A stretch of 64,000 nt of DNA, taken from the NCBI RefSeq assembly GCF_009914755.1, contig NC_060927.1; one strand, 5' to 3'. The DNA comes from the human T2T-CHM13v2.0 reference genome, Homo sapiens. Of this stretch, positions 1-13,420 are shown piece after piece (within the stretch, counting starts at the first letter, position 1; each line of letters opens with the position of its first letter). The notes beneath the pieces are model-generated. The model was not told the origin of the DNA. It worked only from the letters and a program-made list of their open reading frames with translations, and searched no databases. Made by a program: the position numbers and the translations under genes.

Positions 1-249
1 TTGTTATTTAAGAGTAGGGAGTGGAACTTATGCCTGTAAGTATCCCCAGCCACCCTCCCCTGACCCACCCCTTGGAATAAGCGCTTCATCAATTTTCATT
101 TGCTGACTGGCTGATAGTCCAGAGGTAAACCTGGGTGACTCATCCCTGATTCCCAGGTCTGTGGGTTGAGGTTGGTGATGCTATTAGTATCTCAGAAAGT
201 CATGGGGCACCATAGATGGTGAGATTGGTCTCTCAGAGGCCATCCCTGA

Positions 250-399
<150 letters not shown>

Positions 400-1510
400 T
401 GAGTCCTCCTGGTGGTCACCTCCTCCAGCAGAGATGTCACAAAGGCAACTCCTGAAGTAGGTGATTCCTGGACAAGGGGAGCTCTGAGGTCACTCATGGG
501 CTCATTATGTGGTGTGGGGCTGTCTCGGGGTGTTAGGTTATGACAGGAGCAGCACTGCAGCCACAAGCCATGGCAGTCGTGGCCCGGGGATCATTCCAAG
601 TCTATTTACAGCAGCAACATTAAACCAGCCCTGCCAACATCCTCCCTGTGCTTGGGCCACGCTGGGGCTGGTGAGCATCATTAATCTGTGATCTGAAGCA
701 CGTGGGTACTGTCTGTGCCTCTAGATGGACTCGCACCTTTCTTCTGGCAATAAGAAATTTGTTTCTGACCAGCAATAGCACAGCACTGCAGAGACCAATC
801 CTCCCACACAAGCAGTGCCCTGGATGCCTCCTGTGTTCACTCACCTTCTCCTGCCAGGAGTGCACTTGGGGGGGATGCAGGAGGAGCAGGTGGGGGCTTC
901 ACCGCCTCCACAGCATGGCACCGGCATCCCTGGTCTCCTCCTGGGCTAGTCCTTGTTGCTGAGCTCCTTGATCCTCATCTGAAAAGTTTTGAGAGCACTG
1001 ACAAGAACGATTCTAAGGTGTTTTTCAGCAGAAATTGGGAGAAATTTAGGGAAGGAGGTAACCTTCGAAAAAGGAGTTGGGGAGTCCTAAAGGCAGTGGA
1101 TGGCAAAGCTTGACCCACACCAGCATCTCCAGAGGGCATGTTAGGACACAGATGCAGGGCTGCCTCTGGCTCCATGGGCCGGGGTGGCTGGAGGGTATGC
1201 ATTGCTAGTCAGCGACCACACACTGAGAATTGCTGATCCAAGGGGAAGGCTCAGCTGCATGAAAGGTCCTTGTTTTCATGGTGTTTAGCATCTGGGGAAG
1301 TGGAGCACAGTCACAAACAGCAGAACATGCCCCAGAGAACCAGAGAGCCTCGGCCAGTGGCTGGGAGGCAGCCCCCAGGACCCTGGGGCCCACAGGTCAC
1401 TGCTCACATAGGGGTGATGTTCGTGCCCTGAGTTTTCCTCTCATGAAACATGTGGTGTGTAAGTCATGGGTTCAGGGCACAGCAGTTCCTTCTCTCCTCT
1501 GTCTCAACCG

Positions 1511-1573
1511 GTTTTTCCTCCACTCGGGCTGATTCTCAGGAACGCGACACTGCTTATCCGGGTCATGATGCAG
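1511..1573 (+). pseudogene. NUP210P1: NUP210 pseudo-exon B (acceptor mutated)
   Basis: VFPPLGLILRNATLLIRVMMQ vs NUP210 [21 protein letters not shown]; preceded by pyrimidine tract ending ccg, followed by gtgaaa. Confidence 0.85.
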
Positions 1574-1780
1574 GTGAAAGCTGAGAAGCCACATCATGCT
1601 CCAGCCCCAGTGTGCCCACTGCACAGCAGCCGCAGCTCCTGGTGCACTGCCTCTGTCCTAGCACGAGGTGACTGTGTAGAGGTGGAAGCCATCAGCACTG
1701 AGGCCCTGGCTCCATCTGGGGGAGGCACAGGCTGCCTGGCACAGTAGGCACTGATGCACTGCTATTTCCTCCCCACTCAG

Positions 1781-1993
<213 letters not shown>

Positions 1994-3259
1994 TGAACTC
2001 CCCAGGACAGCCAGCTGTGGTGATGGGCCACTGCTTCCCAGGGCAGCTGTGCCCGAGACAAAGGCCTCTTTACTGTGTTTGGGTTCTACCTCTGAGGACC
2101 ACCTCTCTCCAAGGGTGCTGCTTCTGCCCCCTGGGTCTGCAGTCCCTGCCAGGGCCCCCTGTGCAGGACAGCCCTGCTGACTTGGGAGCACCCAGACCCC
2201 CAGAGGCTGCTCTTCTCCAGGCTGAGTCTCCCAGTCTTTCCAGCTGCTCCTTACGGGACAGGGTCTTCAGCAATCCCCGGCCCCAAAGGGCCCTTCCAGT
2301 GGAGGATGATGGCAATCGTGGTGAGGGCAGGCGCCGCTCCGCACACTTTGCCTTCATGTCCTTCAGTCCTCTCGGTGCCCTGTGCATTTTCCTGCTGTCC
2401 CCCTTTGATGATGGGAGACTGAGGGACTAGCTAGCAGACCACAGTCACCATGTGCCAGTTCTGGGATTGGGCCCAGGGCTGCCCAGCATCAGAGCTCTCG
2501 GGCCTTTTGTTGGTCACTTGAAGCTGGGCTTGAGCATGTGCTGATAGCAGAGAAGGGGTGCTGTGGGCTGAGAGTGCCTTCTGGGTGCATTGTATGTCTC
2601 CGGAGTAGTGTGGTGTATGTGTGGTGAATTAAAAAATTGTACTTCAGCCCTGGATTTGTATTTCCAGGTGGAGAGAAAAACCTGGGTCATCTGCTAGCAT
2701 CTTCTACACCAGCAGAGGTTAAGTCATCTTCCCAGTCTCTGTGCAGGGTGGGGGACTTTCCTAATTGCTTTTCTGGGCTGGCAGTGAAGGTAGGAGGCCA
2801 AGTTAGGGCCGTCTTCTCCCCAGAGGGTCTCCCTGCCCCACATTGGTGGGACTGATTCAAGCAGGTGAAAGTCGGTGTCTGGAGAGTCTGACAACTTCCC
2901 CGCGTTGTGAGGCGTGGGTCTCCTTTGGTCCTCTGGAGAGGAGGTGAGACCATTTCCACCTTCTGACGAAGGCTCAGGGCTAAAATTGGGGCCTTTGCAT
3001 TCTTCGTGACCTCCTTCGCCAGCAGTGACTTGCAGAATCATCTCAGGGAAGGCTGCTTTGGAGTTCCACTCACAGCTGGACCAGAAACTTGGTCTGTAAG
3101 AAGAGCCTTCTGTGATGTTTAATGCAACTGTGGACAGAAACCTGTTTCAGAATCAGTCATCCCATTCCTCATGAGAACTAGGTCCCCTGGAAGCAGTCCA
3201 TGCAGTCCTGAGTTCAGAGCCTGTAAACACAGAGCCCAGGGAGCTGGCGAGTGCACCGC

Positions 3260-3273
3260 CCTAGAGGGGGCGC
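3260..3273 (+). promoter_or_regulatory. Candidate CTCF site
   Basis: CCTAGAGGGGGCGC fits CCnnnAGGGGGCGC core; motif match only. Confidence 0.4.
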
Positions 3274-4671
3274 AGGGAAGTCCTTGTTTTCAGAGGCTGA
3301 CTTTGATCCATCATTGAGTTCAGTGATTTACTCCTTTTCCCAGCATTTTCCGTGCCTGCCCAAGTATCCTTGTTAAGCCACAAAGTCTGAATCACAGAGG
3401 TGGATGCCCAGATCCAGTGTGTGTCAATTTCCAAGACAAAGAAAAAGTCTTGGGGATGTTAAAATCTGTCCTGGGGACGTGGCAGGGTTCAGATTGGCTT
3501 CCCAGAGCATCACATTCAGTACTGTGACTTACAGACAGGAGGCCTGTGGTTTTTTTGTGTTTGTTTGTTTTGTTTTGTTTTGTTTCTCTAAAAAGGATTG
3601 CAGCCTCAGGAACTGGCTCATTTTCCAGTAGCTAAAAGGGCAGCTGGCTGGAAATTCAGCCAGAGGGACACAGGGCACTGAGTATCCCTCCTCTTTGTTG
3701 TCTGACTTTGCTGGCATTCTCCCCTCTGGGTCCACCATCTGACAGGTTGGGGAGGTGCTGGGGAAAGGCCCTGGTGGCCCTTGGCAGGTGGAGGGGCTGC
3801 ATCACCATCCCCATCTGAAAGGCATCTTCTTGAGCCCAGGCAGGCAGGGGCTTCGCCGGCAGCCCCTGTGTCCTTGCCTGGAATGTGATTCTGGTCAGAT
3901 GCTTCCAGTTCCATCTGTCCAATCCAGTTCACACAACCAGCACCCCAAGGCCGTGGGGTGGGCCAGGACTAGCAGGAGGAGACTGAGCAGAAGGATAAGT
4001 GAAAGGAGGGGAATGGGTGCTTATCAAGCACCTACTGTGTGCCAGGCATTAGCCCAAGTCATGAGGCACAGAATGTGGGCTCAGCATGAGCGCGTGGCAA
4101 AGAGTCTAAGAGGTTTAATCATGTCAGTTCCACATGAGTCAGCAGCACTAGAAAGAAGCCAGGAGAGTTAGTCTTTGGCCAGATTAATAGGAGTATAGAG
4201 TTGAGCATGAAGGAGGTTATAAGGTCTGCTCTAATCAGACTCCACTGGACTCCTGCATTTGTCCCTGTACTCTGCTTAGTCAGACACAGGCAAGCTGGAT
4301 TTGGGTTTGGGAGGGTCTGAAGACCTGTCGCTTGAGGGCAGCCTGGCCTAGGGAAGAGCAGACCCCAGTCCCTGGCCCCAAGTCTGAAGTGCTGACCCGA
4401 AGCAGCTGGATGAGATAGGGTGGCAGCCTCAGAGCACTGGGCTGGGACCTGCGGGGCCGTGGGAGAGGAAGTGGCTGGCCCATGTGGGGTGAACCGCCCA
4501 CAAAACCAGGCCTCTCTTGGCAGAGGAGCACGGTGCTAGGCATCCTGAGGGGCCTTCTCGCCACAGCCTCTTAGCCGCAGCCTCCTTCCCTTGAGAGGTC
4601 CCTTCCAGAAACATCCCCGGCCAGCACAGCATTCTGGTGCCCTGCACCTGAGCACCATGCTCTTTCCCCAG

Positions 4672-4752
4672 GACCTCGTTCAGGTGAAGGTGCTGCTGCT
4701 TGGAGCCGTGAGGATCCGCAGCCCCATCATGCAGATAAGGATGGGCACCCAG
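4672..4752 (+). pseudogene. NUP210P1: NUP210 pseudo-exon D
   Basis: cag|GAC...CAG|gtgagg; DLVQVKVLLLGAVRIRSPIMQIRMGTQ vs [27 protein letters not shown]. Confidence 0.92.
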
Positions 4753-5009
4753 GTGAGGGGACCTCCTGGGCTCTGAATCCTGGTTCCCAAAGAGCCGCTG
4801 CTATAACCCTGTCCTCGAGCTACAGTGCTTCTCCACCTCCTCCATCTGCCCAGCCTGGGTATCTAGGGGTGCAGTGGCAGCTTCCCACCCACCCCTACCC
4901 AGACTGACACCCTCTTGCAGCCACTGATGAAGGCCTGCTTCCTGCTAGCCTGTCACCTTCCCACACCTCAGATAGCACCAGGCGCCTAACAGGAGCACCA
5001 TGACCGTGG

Positions 5010-5185
5010 CACTTACTCCACTCCATGCTGTCTCGGACATTAATCTGTTTGGTGTTCATAGCAGCCCTGGGAGGCTGGTGTCAGAACCATCTCCATGTTG
5101 CAGATGAACAAATGAATGCACAGAAAGCTTAAGACTCATCCCAGGGCCACACAGCTAGGAAGTGGCAGCACTGGCAGTGGACTGG
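5010..5185 (-). mobile_element. MIR SINE fragment
   Basis: ccatgttgcagatgaacaaatgaatgcacagaaag...ccagggccacacagctaggaagtggcag resembles MIR core. Confidence 0.6.
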
Positions 5186-5667
5186 GCAGCCCGGTGTGGC
5201 ACCTGCTGTGGCCTTTTGCCTTCTCGCCTCCAAGTGTGCCCTCAGCAGACTCTCAGCAAATAGAGACTGAAGGAGCCAGGGACCCCACCCGTGGGTGCTC
5301 TGTGAGCAGGGACCCCGGCTAGATTAGGAGAGAGGGGCCCGGAGGAACCAGCACTGTGGGGCAGGGCAAGCTGTGCTGCTGGGGGACACATAGCCTCCTA
5401 GAGCTCCAGGGACTCCTTCCAAAAATGGGTCTCTTGGCCATGGGGAGGCGCAGCCAGCGGCAGGGGAGGCACAGTGTGGGGAAAACAGTCCCGCCTCTCG
5501 TTTAACTGTTTGGTATTTCATCAAAATTCCCAAACTTGTGCCATGTCCTTCTCTAGCTGGGGAAGAATTGGATACATCTCCCACTGCTTGAAGGAGGCAG
5601 CACAGCTTCTGGGGGCATTCCCAGTGCTGGCACCCCGCTGGTCACCAGGCCTGACTTCTCCCCACCG

Positions 5668-5799
5668 ATGTCCATCTATATCACCTGGATCACCAACCAC
5701 CAGAACCCTTTCTCCTTTGGCAATGCCATGCCAGGCCTGACCTTCCACTGGTCTGTCACCAAGCGGGACATCCTGGATCTCCAAGGGCAGCATCACAAG
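5668..5799 (+). pseudogene. NUP210P1: NUP210 pseudo-exon E (acceptor mutated)
   Basis: [44 protein letters not shown] vs [44 protein letters not shown]; upstream ccg, downstream gtaggt. Confidence 0.93.
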
Positions 5800-8001
5800 G
5801 TAGGTAACCACCCGCCCAGAGCCCATCTCCCACCCCTGTCCCAGGCCAGCACCCCGAGGGGCAGGGAGGGTTCCTGCCACATTGTCCCACAGGAAGTCCC
5901 ACCTTCATACCCAGAGAGGCCCTTTCTGGCCTCTCCCAAGGCTCAATGGGACTCCCTTCTCCCAAACGCTAACCACACAGACAGGGTGGGTAGGTTCCTC
6001 TCCTAACAGAAGTGGCCATGTGGGGAAGTCACAAAAGTCCTGGGAGGTCAGAATCTGTAGCTTCTGACCATTTTCTGAGATGATGTCTAGCAGCCCCCAG
6101 TTTCTCCTGGTTTATCCCAGAGGCCAAACTCCCCTTCCCTTAGCCCTGTGAGAGGCCCTGGCTCCTCCTGAGATGTCAGAGCTAGAAGGTGCCAGGGAGA
6201 ATCTACTAAGTCCCTCTTTGTGTTAACCAAGGCCAGAAACGGGAAGGGACTTGACCAGGGTTGCCCAGCAAGCCAGTGGGGAAATGGGACTGGGCACCAG
6301 CCCCTGTAACTCCAGGCTCAAGCCCAGGTGGGCCTTGGGCACACAGGACCCAAGCCGGGGATGGGTTGAAAGGTTGCTTCCTGCCCACTCCAGAGACAGC
6401 GGGGATAGAGGCTAGGGGAGAGGCCCAGGCCCAGGAACGGGCTTTCCCAAAGGCTGCCCGAAGCTCATCTAGAGTAGGACGAATGCCTCCCCACCCAACT
6501 CAGTGGGAACAGGGTCCTGTCCCCAGTGCCTGGGGACTCTCCTAGATTGCTCTAATGGAACACAGGCAGTGAGACTTGTTAACAGGTATCCCAAAACAAA
6601 GCAGTCTGCGGGGACACACTGCAAAACCCAGCATTGCTCTGGGGACCTACACACACTGAAGGCTGTGGGACATCCTGTCGTGAAGACCCCTGGCTTGCGC
6701 GGGTTGGCCCAGTGTTTTCCAGATGCACATTGTGAGATGCAAGCAGGGCGGGGCCTGTGTGCCTTTGCTGAGGGTATCATGTCTGTGAGACCCAGCCCTG
6801 AGAAGCTCTCAGTCTTCGGGGGGGGTGACAGCAGCTCATTGCAGTGGGATGGGCATCCATGTGCGTTGGGTGCTGTGGGAGCCCAGAGCTGGGGCCGAAC
6901 GAAGGCTTCACAGAGGAGTCGTGTTTCAGGATGGGAGGGACTGGCAAAGGCCTGGAGGTGGGAACTCACTTGATGTGTTGCAAAAGTAGCAAGGAATTCT
7001 GAACTTAGGGTCTGGGGTGCCCCTTCACACAGGGAGAGTCTGGCACTCACTGTGTCCCAGTGGCCATTAATATAATCATCTGTGTTTATTTAACAAACAT
7101 GCACAGAACACCCAACAGAGGCTGAGGCGCCCTTGCGCACTTTCCAATATTGCCTTGTCCAGTCCTCAAGTGAAGCCTGCGGGGCAGGGGCCGCAGGGGC
7201 TGCTGCCTGCTGATGCCCCTGAGGTGGGGAGGAGCTGGGAGGGAGGGAGTCAGACCAGTTTCCTCTTGGACAATCACATGTTAGTTCAGATGATATTAGC
7301 CATGGGCCCAGGACCCAGGCCCGAGGGGTGTCCACCTGGTCTGATCAGAGGCCAGTGGGGAGGTCAGGGAACAGTTTTACCTGCCAGCGAGTGACTGCCC
7401 CTGAGCCAGGCTGGGAGGCCGAGGAGGCAGCAGCCCTGAGGGGCCTGAGAGAGGGGACTTACACAGGTGGTGGACACATCAGAAGTCTTGCAGAGAAGGG
7501 GCCTGGAGTTCCCAGGTAAGTGCTATCGCCACAGGCTTGGGGAGTCACCAGGGCCTTGGAGAACCTGGGCGTCCCAGGATCAGATCTGAGCTGATGTCAT
7601 GAGGCTGATCATCTGCTGGACTGAGCTCCTCGCCAGGCCCCTGTGTGTGTATATGTGGATCCTGCAAGAACGTGGCCAGACAGAGCCAGCTAGAGGAGCC
7701 TGGGAGGTGGAACCGGGTTTGTTCTGAGATGGTGGCAGTGAGGAGCAGGATATCTCTGTGAGAGGAAGGAGCAGTTAGGTGGTGCCTTGCCCAGGCTCAG
7801 TCCTGGCACAGTTACCCTGAGGAAGATCCTGGTGCTGGAGTTGTACATGCTGCCCTCTGAGCTCACATCCTGGCAGGTAAAATTTTCCCTCACTGGGCAC
7901 GGAGGGAGAGGCCTGTGTTTCCAGGCTCCTTGAAGGAACTCCCATTAGGCTGCACAAACATGAGCCTGCCTGCCTTTTCTCATCATATCTTTGACCTCTT
8001 C

Positions 8002-8307
8002 TTTTTTTTTTTTTTTTTTTTTTTTCCGCAGGGTCTTGCTCTATTGCCCAGGCTGGGGCATAGTGGCGTGATCACAGCTCATTGCACCCTTGAACTCCTG
8101 GTCTTAAGTGATCCTCCCAGCTCAGCCTCCCAAATAGCTGGGACTACAGGTTTGTGCCATCATACTTGGCTATTCTTTAAATTTTTTGTAGAGACGGGAT
8201 CTCACTATTTTGCCTCATGCTGATCTCAAACTCCTGGCCTCAAGTGATCCTCCCATCTCAGCCTCCCAAAGTGTTAGGATTACAGGTGTGAACCACTGCA
8301 CCTGACC
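8002..8307 (-). mobile_element. Alu (AluJ-like)
   Basis: Poly-T then antisense dimeric Alu sequence. Confidence 0.93.
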
Positions 8308-8636
8308 TCTACCTATTGTTAGTTATTTGTGTCTTTCCTCTTTATATCTACATCAGTTTTTACCATAGAGTTGTCTATATTACTGATCCTTTTCAAAGGA
8401 AGTTTTTTATTTGATTGATCAAATTCACTTTTGCTTTCTAATTCACAAATTTATACTTTTACCTTTGTTAGTTCCTTTGTTTTATTTTCTTGGAGTCATT
8501 TTGCATTTTTTCCTATTCCTTAAATTGAATATTCAACTTATCTCCTGTTTCCTTTTATAAAATAAACATTAACTCAAAAATAATACATGCTCGTCTTTTT
8601 TTCAAATAACTCAAGCAACATATAAAAGTTGAAGGG

Positions 8637-8902
8637 TTGGGAGGCCAAGGTAGGTGGATCACCTGAGGTCAGGAGTTCGAGACCAGCCTGGTCAATATGG
8701 CAAAACCCCGTCTCTACTAAAAATACAAAAAAAAATTAACCAGGCATAGTGGCAGTGGCCTATAATCCCAACTACTCTGGAGGCTGAGGCAAGAGAATCG
8801 CTTGAACCTGGGATGTGGAGGTTTCAGTGAGCTGAGATCACACCAGTGCACTCCACCCTGGGCGACAGAGCAGGACTCCATCTCAAAAAAAAAAAAAAAA
8901 AA
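8637..8902 (+). mobile_element. 5'-truncated AluS with 12-bp TSD
   Basis: Starts ttgggaggccaagg, poly-A tail; TSD aaaagttgaagg at 8624-8635 and 8899-8910. Confidence 0.93.
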
Positions 8903-9766
8903 GTTGAAGGAGACAAAGCAAAATATAAGATAATGATCATCTCAGAGTCTTGCAATAATGATTTATTGTCAATGTATGATGATCTTTATTCCAGATATCT
9001 CTCTAAACATTTAAATAGATAGGATATAGAGAGAAACTATTTTACAAAATATGGTCATGCTAATTATAAAATAAAACATAAATGAAATTTTAAGAAAAAA
9101 GGCTAAAGTAAAACTGTAGGAATTATTTATTCAAAATTTTCAGACTACTTTTTTTTTCAAAAAAGATGTTAGTTCCTCAAAGATCTCTTTTAAAAAACAT
9201 GATTATGAAACAATGAAATTAAAGTCATTATTATTAACAAGTTCCAATTTTCAACTGTATGTTTTCACTTCCTGGTAAGAAAAATAAAGAAATTAGAACA
9301 CTTATACTTTCTCCTACCTCTCCTCCTTCTCACTCATGATTTTGTACATTTTATCATTTTTTTTTTTACATTGTCAGCCTCTATAATATTAGTATTCTGC
9401 TTGGTAACCATACTTCTCACAATTTAGTCTTACTTATTTAAGTGAATATTTAAGTAGATTTGATGTCAAACACTAACCTTCTCATGGCTTTTGCATTTAT
9501 GAATTTTAATATTTTAATCACTTCTTTGTTGCTTTGTTTGAATTGTTCCAAGTAAATTTTTTTCAAAAAGGATCATGGTTGTTGTCTGCCCTGAGCTTTT
9601 TCATGCTTGAGAAGGTCTGCCTGTTACATACATATATATGAACAGTTTAGCTAACTGTAACATTCTTGTTCATACTTTCATTCTGAGTTTGTAGATTTCC
9701 CTCTCTCTCTTCTGGAATGGGGTGTAGATATGGACAATTCTGAGAACAAGTTCCCACCTAGTATTG

Positions 9767-10264
9767 TGTATTAGCTATTTATTGCTGCAGAACAGTTTTT
9801 CCCAAAACTGGGCAGCTAAAAACAACACATACTTACTATCCCACAGTTTCTGTGGGTCAGAAATCTGGAAACAGGTTAGCTAGATGATTACGGCTTGGAG
9901 TCTCTGTGAGGTTGCGGCTAAGCTGACGAATGGGGCTGCAGCTACCTGAGGCTCACCCAGGGCTGATGGATTTTCTTCCAGGCCCACTCAAGTCCTTGTG
10001 ACATGGGCTTTTTGAAGGTTTTGATGGCAAGTTACTCCCTTGATGAGTGACTGGAGAGAGAGAGAGAGAACTCATGCTAGAATCCACATCTTTTTATAAC
10101 CTAACTTCAGAAATGACATACCGTCACTGTCACTTCCTGCTGTCTTCTGTCACCTACAGATGAGCCATTAAGTCCAGCCCACATTCAAGGGGAGAGGAAG
10201 TAAGCATCACCTCAGGCACAGAAGAACAGAAAGAAGTTGTGTGCATATCTTTAAGACAACCACA
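9767..10264 (-). mobile_element. MLT1-family MaLR solo LTR
   Basis: tgtattagctatttattgctgc...cacagtttctgtgggtcagaaatctgg...caaccaca. Confidence 0.8.
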
Positions 10265-10269
10265 TACCA

Positions 10270-10498
10270 GGAACTGCTTTTTTTTGGTATAGAAACTATC
10301 TTTTTAAAAATTTACCCTTGACATTTGGAAACTTCATCCAGCTATGTCTGATTTGCAAATTCAGGTATATCTTTAAAATAATTTTCTTTGATTACATCTT
10401 CACATATTGTTTTCATTTTACTTATTCTTTCTTCTTTTTCAGGAAAATGAATTATATGTTGGATTTCCTTTAGTTTCATATTTAATATATCTGTAATT
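10270..10498 (-). mobile_element. Ancient L1/HAL1 ORF1-like fragment
   Basis: Minus translation IQHIIHFPEKEERISKMKTICEDVIKENYF resembles the L1 ORF1 IIGVPE...IFEEIIxENF segment; AT-rich. Confidence 0.45.
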
Positions 10499-11770
10499 CT
10501 CTCCATGGAAAAGGCAGGAGCACCTGGGGCAGGGCTTGCTTGGGGAGGGAGAAGCTTCTCAGTTGGTTGGGGGAGGGGGACGTATGTTCCCTGCGCCTTT
10601 GGAGGGGAGGGGGGCCTCAGCATTGGAGGCATGGGAGTTGGGGGGTGTACCCAGAATTTGAGGGGTAAACTCCAGGAGGCTGAAGATGGACCCCAGGAAC
10701 TGACGGATGGACCCCAGGAGATTGGGGGTGGACCCCCAGGGCCTGAGGTTACATCCCTGGGTCTGGTGGGTGCATTCCCAGGGTGAATGTGAATGGCAGG
10801 GGCTGCTGGGTGCACCCCTGGGGCCTGGGGGTGAACCCCCACTGATAGGGGAGGATGGACCCCTGGGGCTGGTGGGTGAACCCCATGAGCTGGTGGGTGG
10901 ACTCCGGGGGCTGATGGGTGAACCCCGGGGGCTGGAGGATGGACCCCAGATGTGGGATTGCACCACTGGGGCTGGGGGGTGGACCCCTGGAGCTGGTGGG
11001 GGCAGCTGAGGTGGTCCCAGGGGCCCTGAGGGTGCAGGCCCTGTGGGGGACATGAGTGGCAGAGGCAGACCTCCTGGAAGGGGCAGTGGCAAAGACTCAG
11101 ACAGCGGCGGCCAAGGGGGCAGATCGTTCATCAGCAGGGGTGGAGGTCGCTTCACCCCAGGGGTCCAGTGGAGAGGCTGGGGCTTCTCCATCTTAAAGTG
11201 GAACTGGAGGAAGAACTGCTTGGTCTCCTGGTTCCAGTGTGTCCAGAATGTGCCTTCCACCTTGTTGATCTCCCTGCTCGGCACCTTGAAGGTGATGGTC
11301 TCGTAGGGCTCGGCAGCCATCAGCAAGTCATGCCAGCACTGGTCCAGGGGCTTGATCCTCTGTTCGTATGCAGACATGAAGCAGTGGCACAGCATGATGC
11401 CACCTCCTTAGCCTCCTTGGCTGCTCGCCAGGCCAGGTTGGTCTGGTGCTTCTTCCCCTGGGTATGTGCCAGATAGCTCCCCTTCTTGTTGAGAAGCATC
11501 AGGCAGCACTTGCATTCTTAGGGGCCCAGGTGGTTTTTCATTAAGTATGGGTCCTTATTGATGTCGATGGTCTCCAGGGCCAGCTGCCAGAGGTGTTCCC
11601 TGCGGTCATGATTGCTCTCAGAGGAGGCCATGCCCCTGCTCCTGGTCTTGCCCCCAGTGCGATGCTGGAAGTCCATGGTGACAGCCTTGGGCTTTAGCAG
11701 ACTGGGAGACACCAGAGCCTGAGGCCGCGCTATGGCCTCCTCGATCACTGCCACGACTTTGTTTGGCGCG
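10499..11770 (-). pseudogene. SF3A2: Processed pseudogene of splicing factor SF3A2 (SF3a66); CDS remnant 11676-10559
   Basis: Intronless: MDFQHRTGGKT...LALETIDINKDPYLMKNHLGP*ECKCCL...YLAHTQGKKHQTNL, then FMSAYEQRI...AAEPYETITFKVPSREI...QFFLQFHFKMEKP, GVHPPAP-type heptads and C-terminal PPPPTN*. Premature TAA at 11518-11520, frameshifts, internal deletion; UTR-like flanks. Confidence 0.96.
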
Positions 11771-12169
11771 CCTGTAGTAATTTGTTATAGCAGACTGGAC
11801 TAAGCCTGTCCTCAATACCTTTCACCAAATCTGTTATCTCCTTGGCCCCAGGCAGGCATCTAACCTTAGTTTTCAAAATTCAAGAGGTTAACAGTCATCA
11901 AGCTTGTATATTATGAGCCTTTGCATGCTGGAGCTCAGTTGTCATTGCTTCTTCTCCCGTCCTCACCCTCTGTAGTCTCCTCTGCCAGAGGCTGGATCAT
12001 TGAGAGTGAGACCATATTTCCCATTCAGCTTCTCCCACTTCCTGGGTATTCCTTGTTTTTCTCTGCATCCTGCTCTTGCCCTTAGAGCTGGTTGATCCAT
12101 CACAGAACCACTGGATGGGCCTTTCAGAACCATGACACAGTTCTTAGGAAAATCTGTGTTCTAATTAAG

Positions 12170-12560
12170 ATAAAAAGAAGCACAAGCTCTAAGACCAGAC
12201 ACCCTGGCTTCGAAATCCAGCTCCACTACTCACTAGTTGGTTGTCTTAGCCAATGTTTGTATAAGACTAATACCTTGTTAAACTCCTACCTTAAAGTTTT
12301 GGTATGAATTTTAAATGAGCTAATTCACATAAACTGCTTAGGACAGCATCTGGCCTATGGTAAGCACTCAAGTATTTGGATAATATCTCATTATTTATTC
12401 CTCTTAACAGCCCTATAAAGTGGAGATTAATGTCTCCATCTCACAGATGAGGAAAGCAAGGATGAGGAACAGAATGTGATTTGTCCAAAGTCACAAAAAT
12501 GGTAAGGAGGATAACTGAGACCTAAATCCTGGCTCATTTACCTCTGGTGATAGTACTTTT
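12170..12560. mobile_element. Two MIR fragments in opposite orientations
   Basis: cctggcttcgaaatccagctccactactcactag (+) and ccatctcacagatgaggaaagc...gtccaaagtcaca (-). Confidence 0.6.
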
Positions 12561-12669
12561 TCCAGAATGAACACTGTACAATATTGTATTGGTTTTGGTG
12601 GATTTTGAGGGAAGGAAGAAAATAGAATTGACTTTACTTCATCATCTTTAACTACAAGTTCTTTTTTCT

Positions 12670-13420
12670 TTTTGTGCCCATGATAAATACATCTTAAAGC
12701 TATGAATTTTCCTCTAAACACGGATTTGGCTCCCCATAGCAGTTGTGATGGTTGGCTATCATTGTCATTTATTTCTAAATAGTTTTCAATTTTTAATCAA
12801 AAATTGAAAATCAGTTCTTAAAAATTAGATTGGTTTTAATTTTCTCTTTAATGCAGCAGTTATTTAGGAGGTATGTTTAAATATTTTAAAGGGATAGTTT
12901 TTTTTGTCACTGTTGATGCTACACTTTATTGGGAATTTTCAAATTTATTATCGTATAGACCAAAAACATGGATTCTCTGATTTCTATTTATAAATTATTA
13001 AGATCTTCTTCACAGTTTAACAGCAATTATCATTTTCTGCCAATGCTTCTTAACTGTTTGAAAAGAATGTGCATTTTCAACATGTTGCATACAAAGTAGA
13101 AGCTTGAAATTGTGTCATTTACATTGCAGAGCCCGTACTTATTTCTTGTTTCCTTTATATGTCAATTTCTAAGAGGGGTGTGTTAAAAATCTACCACTAT
13201 GGTTACAGATTTGTTAATTGTTCAATCTATTTACTCATATATGTTTTGGACAATGTGGTTGGCTTCCTCAGAATTTGTTCCACCTCTTCTATATTACATC
13301 ATTTCCAAGTGTTTGGGATATTATTGAGTCTTTTCACACCACAATGAGCTATCATAATCTTGGATAATTGAAGAATTTCTCCCCTTTATTCCAATTTATT
13401 TCAAAATTTTGTACATAAGC
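12670..13420 (-). mobile_element. Old L1M ORF2 fragment
   Basis: aaagctatgaattttcctctaaac = antisense of ORF2 RGKFIAL motif; T-rich. Confidence 0.65.

Noticed and set aside
2637-2730. FSPG-containing ORF faintly like a later NUP210 exon
   Set aside because: Out of colinear order and too weak.
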